Source of the DNA: Pirellula sp.
GTDB lineage: Bacteria; Planctomycetota; Planctomycetia; Pirellulales; Pirellulaceae
Direction: 5' to 3'
Assembly (NCBI GenBank): GCA_031412875.1
Contig: JANODW010000308.1
Coordinates: forward strand, 1 to 41,628
Length of the DNA stretch: 41,628 nt
Made by a program: the position numbers and the translations under genes. Below the pieces are notes generated by a model that was given only the letters and a program-made list of their open reading frames with translations, was not told the origin of the DNA and made no database searches. This document shows, one piece after another, positions 26,193 to 35,484 of the stretch. The first letter of the stretch is position 1. Every line of letters starts with the position of its first letter.

Positions 26193-29100
26193 CGGGTTTG
26201 ACGACCAGCTCGCCATTCATCACCATCCAATGTCCTGGGAATGTGCAGAGGAACGGGTAACGCCCGGGCTCTTTGGGGACTTGGAAATAGATTGCCCCCT
26301 CTCCTTTGGGCTCGACCACATCGGTATAGCAAATCACGTCCTGGCTTTCCGGGACGTAATGCCTGAGAAAGGCATCTGGGTCGTTGACCAAGCGGTTGGT
26401 TAGGTCCCCGATCTTTTCAAGCGTGCCAGGACGGATCAAGGCCCAATTGTGAGGGACGACGTCCGGATTGCCGAACGTCAGCTTGATGTTTTCGCCGGCT
26501 GTTGCCTGCAGTGTTTTGGTCGAGAACTGTAGATTGTCACGGGATTCGATACGCACCATTCGGGCATCGGGAATCTTGTTCCGCCAGGGGTTGGGTATGC
26601 TTTTCTTTAGCCACTCTAAATCTCGCTCCATGGGATGGGTAAGCATCGTTTTTCCTGGTCTGGCGGTGTAATTGGGAATATCCAAACGATCCGAATCGAT
26701 TGCGTTGACGGTCGCGTAGATTTCGTGAGCCTCCTCATTGGCATCCACCTGCATTCGCAGATGGAGTTGGCTGCAGAGCTGGAGATCGGGAATCTCCAGA
26801 AACAAAGTCTTGCCTTCGTCCAAAACGTGTGCGGCTGCAATGGTTAGGCAATCGTGCCCTATCATGGGCGAATGCAGAACGGAGTATTCTTTGGAGCCGT
26901 ATCCCGGTGAATAGCGATAGTTCCAACATTGCGCAAAATGCGAAGCCGCAACGCGGGCAACATCCGTTGAAATGGGCTTGCGAAATTGCACCGAAACGCC
27001 ATTCCCATGAAGGTGAAAACCGGTCGGCAGTTGAATGTCGTCGCCTGTGTAGCGAAGCCGTTGAAAACAGCCGGCGTCGGTGGTATACGATCCCCAGCCC
27101 ACCATGCCGGACAAGTAGAGTTGCCCATCGCGAGGGTTGAGATGAGCGCGATGAACACCGGATCGGTACTCGCCGGGCAACGGAACGACGGCGCCTTGCC
27201 ATCGCTGGCCGACTTGATCTCGCAAAATCATCATGGCGGTCCCAGCGCCGTAAGAGGTGTGCACAAGCTGCCCATTGAGCGGCCCCATGCGTTGGTCATC
27301 CACCCAAACTTGACCGCCGCTCGAGTTATCAATTCCCCTCGGCAAATACACCAGCGGTAGCTCGACCTTCTGACCTTCCTTTGGTCCTCGGTGGCCGAAA
27401 AAAGGAGGAGGCGACGTTTCGAACGCGATGGAATCTCCCGAGGATTGCGGTTTGGGAGGAACAAGTGCAATCATCGACGTTGGGCTCCAATCGCCTTCGG
27501 AATTGGGGACGGTAAGCGTGCCGTCGGGCAGGATGCCCAGGCCATCGGGATTGCGGAATCCCGTTGCCACGACTTGGACCGTTTTGCCGTCCTTGGAGAT
27601 CTGTAAAATCCCCTGATTGCCCGACGCAATGTAGAAATTCCCCAATCGATCCCGCTGCATCCCACAGATGTAATCGTGACCGCCAGGCGAGGTTTCATAA
27701 GCGTCCGAAAAGCACTCATACCAATCGGTTTCCAAATCGCCGTTCAAGTCATGCAGGCGGGTGATTTGATTCCGCCCCAGGACATAAATCCGATCTTCAT
27801 CGACCCAAACACCGAGCGGTTGATGCATTCCGCTTGCGATCCGACGCCAACGCGCTTTCGCAGTCGGTTTCGTTGCGGGTTTCGATGCGGGTTTCGGCGT
27901 TGGTTTGTTGGAATTCACCGGTTCGGGTTTCGCCATGGAATCCAATGCAATGCCCTCTACTCGCCAAACGTCGCCGTGCATCGTCACCACGATTCCTGTT
28001 CCGTCTTTCAGAAACGCATGGTCACCGCAAGTGATAGGCACCCTCCACGGATTGTTGGCGGGCACTTCGATCGTATCGATGGCGAAGCCCTTTCCTTGCC
28101 CTAAAAGAATGTTCGTTTCCAGGGCGAAGGGCCATTGCTTGGGCCCACCGGAAAGCAATTGCCTCAGTGGATGCTTTAACTTCGGTGCAACTATTCGTTT
28201 AAACCGTCCATTGCTGATGGTCGGAACATCAATGTATTCCACTCCGTCGGCGAGATAGCAAAACAAAATCGTGTCTTGATGCACGTAGTAGCCGCGGTAT
28301 TCGATCTTTGCGTTAGCAAGTTCCGGCAGGAATTGGCGCAGCGGTTTGGCTTCCTCGGGCAGAGCAGCTTCTTTGCCGGCAACACGCAGCCCGTCCATGA
28401 ATCCGTGCCGAACGGATGAGAAACTAACAAAGCCTCCGGTCCACAATTTCTCGTACGACATGGTGGTCGGGTTGTAGCAAGCGGACCAAGATCGCCCTGG
28501 CCCAAACCGAAAGCAAACCGCACGTGGGATGGGCTTTTTATCGGTTTGCATAACACCGCATTGAACCAGTCCGGGCACGACCAAATTCCATTCGTTTCCT
28601 TGCCAGGAGGCTTCGTTCTGGTTTCCCCAATGTCCAAATTCGGTTCCATCCAAGCCTGGGAATGCCGACAGCCACTCGGGCCGTTTTGACTGCTTTGTAA
28701 AATAGGCGGCCTGTTTTGAATAAAAATCGTAAACGCGATTGCGATTGACGGGTTGCGTCCACGAGGGTCTCAGTTCGGGATGGAGAGGGTCGCGGACCCA
28801 AGGAAACGTGGCTGGTTCGTGAGTATTGGCCGTGCGAATCGCAGCTTCGATCGAGATCCTATCCAATTCGGGGTTCCGCCCGAGCTCGATCAAAAACAGA
28901 AGCAAATCCGCTTGATCTGCGGCAGAAAGAGAATCGATCAAACCCATCGGCATCAGCGACAATCCGTTGGTTTGGCTTTCGATCTCATCGCGTGGCAACG
29001 AAGTTACTTTTTGAGTGGCGGGATCACGCAACGCCAGTTCGCTTTCAGACGAATCGGATTCGGAAACGTAGCCGGTCAGCAACGCGCCCTCCTTGGTGAC

Positions 29101-29505
29101 GATCTTGATCGGCTGGTACTCCTTGGCGACTTTGCGGTTGGGCCAAAGCAAGCTCTCCGCCAGTTCTGCGGGGGACCGTTCCTTGCAGATGCGAGTCAAT
29201 TCAGGACCTATTAAGCCACCTGTCTGGCCGATTCGGTGACATGAAAAGCAGGCCGATTTCGCTTGTGTGTACACGCGCAGCCCCCTCGAGAAATCTCCTT
29301 CGGCGCGCGCCCTTGCAACCAATGCGTCGACTTGCTCCATCGAGTACTCCTTCTCGTCCAGCATGGCAGCCACGAGCATCGGCGTTTGCAAAGTTATTGC
29401 AGCCAGTAAGACAAACAAACTCACCGAAGCGGGGATCGAGTTCCAAAACGCTAGCCAACGGGGCTTCATCCGGATGCCCAATAAACATTGATCTTGTGCT
29501 TGCAT
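26185..29505 (-). CDS. PVC-type heme c domain + DUF6797-like region + beta-propeller + C-terminal azurin/auracyanin-like cupredoxin
   Basis: CFSCH...IGPELT...SLMP; propeller motifs GMHQPLG and ATGFRNPDGLG; type-1 Cu ligands in PHNW and CTFPGHWMVM; hydrophobic N-terminal signal region. The start could be 29469. Confidence 0.85.
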   Translation of the reverse strand: MQAQDQCLLGIRMKPRWLAFWNSIPASVSLFVLLAAITLQTPMLVAAMLDEKEYSMEQVDALVARARAEGDFSRGLRVYTQAKSACFSCHRIGQTGGLIGPELTRICKERSPAELAESLLWPNRKVAKEYQPIKIVTKEGALLTGYVSESDSSESELALRDPATQKVTSLPRDEIESQTNGLSLMPMGLIDSLSAADQADLLLFLIELGRNPELDRISIEAAIRTANTHEPATFPWVRDPLHPELRPSWTQPVNRNRVYDFYSKQAAYFTKQSKRPEWLSAFPGLDGTEFGHWGNQNEASWQGNEWNLVVPGLVQCGVMQTDKKPIPRAVCFRFGPGRSWSACYNPTTMSYEKLWTGGFVSFSSVRHGFMDGLRVAGKEAALPEEAKPLRQFLPELANAKIEYRGYYVHQDTILFCYLADGVEYIDVPTISNGRFKRIVAPKLKHPLRQLLSGGPKQWPFALETNILLGQGKGFAIDTIEVPANNPWRVPITCGDHAFLKDGTGIVVTMHGDVWRVEGIALDSMAKPEPVNSNKPTPKPASKPATKPTAKARWRRIASGMHQPLGVWVDEDRIYVLGRNQITRLHDLNGDLETDWYECFSDAYETSPGGHDYICGMQRDRLGNFYIASGNQGILQISKDGKTVQVVATGFRNPDGLGILPDGTLTVPNSEGDWSPTSMIALVPPKPQSSGDSIAFETSPPPFFGHRGPKEGQKVELPLVYLPRGIDNSSGGQVWVDDQRMGPLNGQLVHTSYGAGTAMMILRDQVGQRWQGAVVPLPGEYRSGVHRAHLNPRDGQLYLSGMVGWGSYTTDAGCFQRLRYTGDDIQLPTGFHLHGNGVSVQFRKPISTDVARVAASHFAQCWNYRYSPGYGSKEYSVLHSPMIGHDCLTIAAAHVLDEGKTLFLEIPDLQLCSQLHLRMQVDANEEAHEIYATVNAIDSDRLDIPNYTARPGKTMLTHPMERDLEWLKKSIPNPWRNKIPDARMVRIESRDNLQFSTKTLQATAGENIKLTFGNPDVVPHNWALIRPGTLEKIGDLTNRLVNDPDAFLRHYVPESQDVICYTDVVEPKGEGAIYFQVPKEPGRYPFLCTFPGHWMVMNGELVVKPAK

Positions 29506-29584
29506 TCTGCGAGATTCTAAAGTGGGGACCTACCAGGGGCGAAAAAAGAAACATCCATGCACGATTCTATCCGGTAACGCGCTC

Positions 29585-30535
29585 ATGTTGTTCGACCAAC
29601 GATTGCATAAACAACGATTCGTCTTTTTTGTTGTGTGCCTGTGTACGCCTTGGGTTGTGTTCGGTGGACCTGCCAACGCCCAGGAACCTCGCGGGGCACA
29701 GGAGAATTCGAAATCTTCGTTACCCGATTTGAGCCAATTGTTTGAAACCGAACTCGAGCCGATTCCGCCCGACGAACGTCCCGCGACCCGCAATCTTGTG
29801 CTGCCTGAAAGCTTGGCGGACGTGCCGGTTCCGGTGTCTGCGGACGAACGTCAGGAGCTCTCGAGTTGGGTGCGTTGGCTGGTTCTTCGAAACCTGCCCC
29901 CGAACTTCGAGGACAATCGAAAGTGGGGCCGGCAAAAGGACGTGTTCAACGGAATTCAATGGCGACGCGAAGGCTGGAAGATAGAGACCAAGCGAAAGAC
30001 GAAAACCGCCAAACACGGAACTTGGTCGCGATACTTCATCGAGTTTGTGGATCCGGCTGAAAAGCTACAAGTCAACATTCAAAAGATAGAGTACCCCAAT
30101 GCGGGTCCGATTCGCGTGGAAACTCAAGTGATCGCTCCGTTGAAACTATTTGGTCGGATGAGCGAATGGTGTCGCGATGTCCAACTCATCAGTTTGTCCG
30201 CCAACGCGGATGCAACGATCGAACTGAATGTGTCCTGCGAAATTCAGGTTTTCGTGAATCCATTGAAAATCCCGCCGGACGTCGAGTTTCGTCCCGTGGT
30301 GACCGACGCGCGGGTGGCCCTGCATGATTTCCGCGTGCACAGCATCAGTCAAATACATGGGCCGATGGCGGAGTTGTTGGGCAAAGGGATCCGAGAGGTT
30401 CTAGACGGACGGTTGGAAGACTACCGCGAAAAATTGGTCGTAAAAATGAACTCCGAAATCGCCAAACAAAAGGGCAAGTTAAAACTCTCGTTGAGCGACT
30501 GGATGAAAACCTCCGTGCAAAAAAAAGTTCCTTGA
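29585..30535 (+). CDS. Secreted hypothetical protein
   Basis: Long ORF with signal-like FVFFVVCLCTPWVVFGGPANA-QE. Start placed at the ATG at 29585. No family recognised. Confidence 0.75.
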   Translation: MLFDQRLHKQRFVFFVVCLCTPWVVFGGPANAQEPRGAQENSKSSLPDLSQLFETELEPIPPDERPATRNLVLPESLADVPVPVSADERQELSSWVRWLVLRNLPPNFEDNRKWGRQKDVFNGIQWRREGWKIETKRKTKTAKHGTWSRYFIEFVDPAEKLQVNIQKIEYPNAGPIRVETQVIAPLKLFGRMSEWCRDVQLISLSANADATIELNVSCEIQVFVNPLKIPPDVEFRPVVTDARVALHDFRVHSISQIHGPMAELLGKGIREVLDGRLEDYREKLVVKMNSEIAKQKGKLKLSLSDWMKTSVQKKVP

Positions 30536-30628
30536 ACGTTTGCAAACTTTGCGGAGAGCGATCGCTGGAGTTCCTATTCGATCCCGTCCCTTTCATGTCA
30601 ACCCTCTAAACGCGCGTCCTAACACACT

Positions 30629-31906
30629 ATGCAAGTCCCTTTGCTTGGATGTATAGCAGATGACTACACGGGAGCAAGCGATGTCTCCGGCAGTCTAGCA
30701 GAAGCGGGGATGTCCGTCGTTTTGTACTTCGGGACGCCCCAATCCACCGACGCGACACATAATGCAGATGCTGTTGTTATCGCGCTCAGAACGCGGTCGT
30801 CGCCGGTCGCGTTCGCCGTCGAGCAATCGCTGAGCGCGATCCGGTCGCTTCGAACGATGGGGACAACCCGTTTTTACTTTAAGATAAGTTCGACCTTTGA
30901 TTCCAACGAAAAGGGAAACATTGGACCGGTCGCAGAGGCGCTCTTGGACACGCTCAACTCGCAGCAAACCGTTGTGTGTCCGGCGAATCCGACCTACGAT
31001 CGGACCGTCTATCGAGGGCATCTCTTTGTCGGCGACAGGCTGCTTTCCGAGTCGGGCATGGAACACCATCCGTTGACTCCCATGCGAGACGCGGATCTAG
31101 TACGAGTCCTGTCCAAACAAACGAACTTGGGCATTGGGATCGCAACGCATGAAGTGGTGGACAGCGGATGGAATTCACTGGAAAGGAGATTGCATTTCTT
31201 AGGGCAGGCGAACAAGCGGTTGGTGATTGTCGATGCACTGAACGGCGAGCATATTCAGACCATTGCATCGGTTTGTGCGAAGATGGAATTGGCCATCGGC
31301 AGTTCTGGACTTGCGCTTGCTCTGCCCGACGCCTATCGAGCCCTCGGGCTTCTTTCGCCAGAAATGACTACTGCTCAATGGAATGGGTCGGCTGCTCGGA
31401 CGGCGATCCTGGCGGGAAGCTGTTCGCATGCAACGCAGGAACAGGTTGCATTCATGAAGGCGCGATACCCGACGTATGAGTTGGATGTCCGAGAGTGCCA
31501 TAAGCAGCCACGGGAGATCGTCGATCGCGCGATGGACTGGGCTTGCAGGCAGCCCGACGCATTGCCTCTCCTGTTTTATTCGACCGCCGATGCGTTTAAG
31601 GTGTCTGACGTCCAATCGGCATTGGGCCGAACCGCTGCCGCGAGCACCGTTGAGAATTTCTTTGGCGAACTTGCATTTCAACTCGCGGCAAAATTGCATG
31701 TCGGTAATTTCATTGTCGCGGGCGGGGAAACTGCGGGGGCCGTCGTTTCGCGGTTAGGGATACGCGCTTTGCGTATCGGACCTAGGATTGCACCAGGCGT
31801 GCCGTGGGCGGAGTCTGTCGATGCACGCCGATTCCGTTTGGCGCTCAAGGCTGGCAATTTCGGCGATTCCGACTTTTTTCAAAAAGCACTGGCGCTGCTG
31901 GCGTAA
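30629..31906 (+). CDS. otnK: 3-oxo-tetronate kinase / four-carbon acid sugar kinase (DUF1537 family)
   Basis: LGCIADDYTGASD, FKISSTFDS...GNIGPV, HPLTPMRDADL, GSCSHATQEQV, VAGGETAGAV and LALKAGNFG. The substrate within the DUF1537 family is inferred. Confidence 0.85.
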   Translation: MQVPLLGCIADDYTGASDVSGSLAEAGMSVVLYFGTPQSTDATHNADAVVIALRTRSSPVAFAVEQSLSAIRSLRTMGTTRFYFKISSTFDSNEKGNIGPVAEALLDTLNSQQTVVCPANPTYDRTVYRGHLFVGDRLLSESGMEHHPLTPMRDADLVRVLSKQTNLGIGIATHEVVDSGWNSLERRLHFLGQANKRLVIVDALNGEHIQTIASVCAKMELAIGSSGLALALPDAYRALGLLSPEMTTAQWNGSAARTAILAGSCSHATQEQVAFMKARYPTYELDVRECHKQPREIVDRAMDWACRQPDALPLLFYSTADAFKVSDVQSALGRTAAASTVENFFGELAFQLAAKLHVGNFIVAGGETAGAVVSRLGIRALRIGPRIAPGVPWAESVDARRFRLALKAGNFGDSDFFQKALALLA

Positions 31907-32034
31907 CGACGCGTTGGGGCATCGCTTTCTTTGGACAACCGTCCGGCGAAATCGAGTACAATCCGCGGGGCTCCTTTGGTGTCCATAGTCGGCTTGACGT
32001 CGCGGCGATCCTCTTTGCGAAAGTAATCTCTGAA

Positions 32035-34371
32035 ATGAACTGTACTGGGAATACGACCATTCTGTTGCGAGCAATTGCAATCCTGCTACTGTCGATCTCG
32101 TCCGCCCATGCTCAGTGGAAGCCGGCAGAAGCAAGGCTGATGACGCAGTGGGGGAAATCGATCAAGCCGGATTCGGTTTGGTCCGAGTATCCACGTCCGC
32201 AGTTTGAGCGCGCGAACTGGACCAACTTGAATGGCCTTTGGTCTTATGCAATTGCGGCCAAAGAAATGGACAAGCCGAGCGAATGGATGGGCTCGATCTT
32301 GGTCCCCTTTTGCCCGGAGTCGCCCCTTTCGGGCGTGGGCCGATTGATTCAGCCCAACGAAGCGCTATGGTATCGCCGTTCACTGCCGAAACCTTCGCCA
32401 GGTCTGCGAAGCCTGTTGACGTTTGAAGCGGTCGACTACGACACGACGGTTTGGGTCAATGGGACAAAGGTAGGCTCGCATCGAGGTGGGCATACTCCGT
32501 TTTCTTTCGATATCACCGAGTCTCTTCGGGGGGACAAAGACAATGAGTTGCTCGTACGGGTGGACGACGCGACCGAGGGGTATCAATTGCATGGAAAACA
32601 GAAATTAAAGAACCAAGGGATTTGGTACACCCGCGTCACCGGAATCTGGCAAACGGTATGGCTTGAACAAGTGCCCGCGGTCCACCTAGCGGACTTGGAC
32701 TACGTCTGCGACATCGCCAAGGGTACCGTTACGATCACTCCCAAGATCGCGGGTCCAACGGGTACCTTGCCGTCGTCTGCAGACGCAAAGATCCGCATCA
32801 AAGCCACCTTTCGTGGACAACCTGCTGGGAGCGCCGAGGGGACAGGGCCATTGACTCTCGCGTTGAGCAATCCAAAACTTTGGAGTCCTGCCGAACCGAA
32901 TCTTTACGATCTCTCGGTAGAGTTGCTCGACTCCAATGGAACGGCCATAGATCAGGTCAAAGCCTACACGGCTCTGCGAACGTTTGGGAAATCAAAGGAT
33001 GCCAATGGGCACTTGCAACTGACACTCAACGGCGAACCGATCTTTCATTGGGGCCCTCTCGATCAAGGATGGTGGCCAGATGGATTGCTAACTCCTCCAT
33101 CGGATGCCGCCATGGCTTCGGACATCGTGTTCTTAAAAGCGTGCGGGTTCAACATGATTCGCAAACACATCAAGGTGGAACCGCGACGCTACTACCACCA
33201 TTGCGATCGGTTGGGCATGATCATGTGGCAAGACCAGGTCAGCAGTGGCTATGGACGCAACAACCAAGAAAAGTCGAGCAGCCCGAACTGGACGCGGCTC
33301 GATCCGAATCCTAGCGATGCGGTTTGGCCCGACGAAGCCCACCAGCAATGGCTTGTCGAATACAAACGGATGGTCGACCATTTGCGCGATGTGCCTTGTA
33401 TCGGCGTATGGGTTCCTTTCAATGAAGCCTGGGGTCAACATGCCACCATGGACGTGGGGAAGATGGCCGTTGACTACGACCGCACTCGGCTGGTGAACAT
33501 TGCCAGCGGCGGAAATTTCTGGCCTGTCGGTGACTTCGTCGACGAACACCATTACCCGCATCCCTCCTTCCCTTTCGCATTAGGAAAATCGGGCCGTTTC
33601 GACGGGTTCATCAAAGTGGAAGGTGAGTTTGGAGGACACGGTTGGCCAGTCGAAGGCCATTTGTGGAAAGTGGATGCGAAGAACTGGGGATACGGAGGTT
33701 TGCCTAAGTCGAAAGAGGAATGGCAAGGACGCTATCAAACGTCGATTGCGATTATGGCTGCACTGCGGGCAGAAGGGGTCGCAGCGGGAGTCTACACGCA
33801 AACGACGGACGTCGAGGAAGAAATCAATGGATTGCTCACCTACGACCGTATCCAAAAGATCGATACGGCTTGGTTGCGTCAACAGTCCGATCTGCTGATG
33901 GCTGCCCCCACGTCTCTGGCCAACCCACGCGATCTGATGCCGACAGCAGAAGCGCAGCCCCAGAGTTGGCTCTACACCACCATGGCACCGAATGAAAAGT
34001 GGATGCAGCCGCAATTTGATGGCCGGGATTGGCGAGAAGGGAAAGCGGGTTTTGGTGCGGGAAATCCCGCCCCACCCAACTCGCGAATCCATACCGAGTG
34101 GTCGACTCCCGAGATTTGGATACGAAAGTCGTTCGAAGTAAAGGATGCTGCGATCGCAAAACTTTATTTAAGACTGCATCACGACGAAGACTGTGTCGTG
34201 TACATCAACGGCAATGAAGTCGCTCGACTCACCGGGTATGCAACCAGTTATTTTAACTTGGCCGTCGCCAGCAAAGGCCTGCTCAACGTTGGAAGCAACA
34301 CGATTGCCATCCACTGCCGTCAAACCGGCGGCGGGCAATACATTGACGCAGGACTATTTGTGGCAGACTGA
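32035..34371 (+). CDS. Secreted glycoside hydrolase family 2 with an extra C-terminal galactose-binding-like domain
   Basis: EYPRPQ...NLNGLW, FEAVDY, TGIWQTVWLE, GPLDQGWWPDG, GFNMIRKH, acid/base WVPFNE and nucleophile GEFGG; signal peptide ...LLLSISSAHA-Q. Start placed at the ATG at 32035. Confidence 0.92.
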   Translation: MNCTGNTTILLRAIAILLLSISSAHAQWKPAEARLMTQWGKSIKPDSVWSEYPRPQFERANWTNLNGLWSYAIAAKEMDKPSEWMGSILVPFCPESPLSGVGRLIQPNEALWYRRSLPKPSPGLRSLLTFEAVDYDTTVWVNGTKVGSHRGGHTPFSFDITESLRGDKDNELLVRVDDATEGYQLHGKQKLKNQGIWYTRVTGIWQTVWLEQVPAVHLADLDYVCDIAKGTVTITPKIAGPTGTLPSSADAKIRIKATFRGQPAGSAEGTGPLTLALSNPKLWSPAEPNLYDLSVELLDSNGTAIDQVKAYTALRTFGKSKDANGHLQLTLNGEPIFHWGPLDQGWWPDGLLTPPSDAAMASDIVFLKACGFNMIRKHIKVEPRRYYHHCDRLGMIMWQDQVSSGYGRNNQEKSSSPNWTRLDPNPSDAVWPDEAHQQWLVEYKRMVDHLRDVPCIGVWVPFNEAWGQHATMDVGKMAVDYDRTRLVNIASGGNFWPVGDFVDEHHYPHPSFPFALGKSGRFDGFIKVEGEFGGHGWPVEGHLWKVDAKNWGYGGLPKSKEEWQGRYQTSIAIMAALRAEGVAAGVYTQTTDVEEEINGLLTYDRIQKIDTAWLRQQSDLLMAAPTSLANPRDLMPTAEAQPQSWLYTTMAPNEKWMQPQFDGRDWREGKAGFGAGNPAPPNSRIHTEWSTPEIWIRKSFEVKDAAIAKLYLRLHHDEDCVVYINGNEVARLTGYATSYFNLAVASKGLLNVGSNTIAIHCRQTGGGQYIDAGLFVAD

Positions 34372-34405
34372 GCGACATGGTGGTTGCTTTGATCGCGACC
34401 GGAGG

Positions 34406-34451
34406 CATGAGCAAAGGGCTGGCAGGCCCTTGCTCACGCGTCAGACTGGGA
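34406..34451. repeat. Hairpin between convergent genes, related to the 17136-17186 repeat
   Basis: gcatgagcaaagggc-tggcag-gcccttgctcacgc. Confidence 0.5.
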
Positions 34452-34460
34452 CAGGCTCCC

Positions 34461-35198
34461 TTACTCTTCGGGCACTTCCGCAATCAATCGTTGCATCGCC
34501 ATGATTTTGTGTCCGACGAATAGGACATTATGGATATCGATTTGCTCCCGGGTAGCGCCTGAGGTCCTGACCTGCAAATCTCCCGACCCTAGGCCGAGCA
34601 ACCAATGGCGAAAGAAGTCGTCTTGGTGTTTTTCGAGTGTCATGCCTTGGGTGTTGTAACTCTTGGACCCCGAACCGAGCAGGGAGTCGCGAGTCAGTTG
34701 GCCTGGGTCGATCTCCCAGTAGCTAAAGCGATCCAAAACAAAGACGACGATGCACCACATCACACACATCACCGTCGAGATCCAAACATAAGCGCCTACA
34801 TTGAGGTAAATCTTGTGGCTTAGGAACCATCCGAAGAACGATTCCCACGCATCAAAGTACAGTAGCAGCACAAAGGCCAATACCAACCCCATAATGACGA
34901 TGCCTGAAGCGAGTCCACGCACCGAATAGTTCGTGACGAGGATAACCAAAAAGAGCACGACAAAGAAAATCAGGCCGAGGTTGCTGCTCGAATGCACCAG
35001 AGTGCTACCGACCCCAAGCTCATGTTCTTTTCCTTGGTAGGCGGTGAGAGCGGCCATGATGTAACCGACAACCCAAACCGGCCACCAGTAGAGCAGAGCC
35101 GAATGGCTATAGATGCGAATCTTCTGTGGCCCACGCGGTCTGCCAGGGCCGGACTGGCTGGTAGGACTGGTTGTCGAAGGCAGGGAAGAGCTACTCAT
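34461..35198 (-). CDS. Hypothetical membrane protein (about 4 TM segments + bacterial PH-like C-terminal domain)
   Basis: Hydrophobic segments followed by RHWLLGLGSGDLQVRTSG...IDIHNV, which resembles bPH_2 domains (inferred). Confidence 0.75.
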   Translation of the reverse strand: MSSSSLPSTTSPTSQSGPGRPRGPQKIRIYSHSALLYWWPVWVVGYIMAALTAYQGKEHELGVGSTLVHSSSNLGLIFFVVLFLVILVTNYSVRGLASGIVIMGLVLAFVLLLYFDAWESFFGWFLSHKIYLNVGAYVWISTVMCVMWCIVVFVLDRFSYWEIDPGQLTRDSLLGSGSKSYNTQGMTLEKHQDDFFRHWLLGLGSGDLQVRTSGATREQIDIHNVLFVGHKIMAMQRLIAEVPEE

Positions 35199-35484
35199 AA
35201 ATTACTTTCTCGTCGGGATGGAGTAACCAAATTTCAATGGAAGGTCCTGATGACACACGGGACCCCATTGTAACAGCACTTTGAGGATCGTTCGGTGGGG
35301 ACAGAAAAGGGGTGGTTTTCGTATGAATTGGCGTTTATACCAACGGTAGGCTTGGTAGACTTGAATCGGAAGGGACTGCAAGAGGCTCTTAAAACCAAGT
35401 TTCGCTGAGAGAGGCGAGATCTTGGAAATTGCATGCAATTTCATTTCGAGGTAGAACCCGTTATTGCAGAGGAAATCTTCGTTG

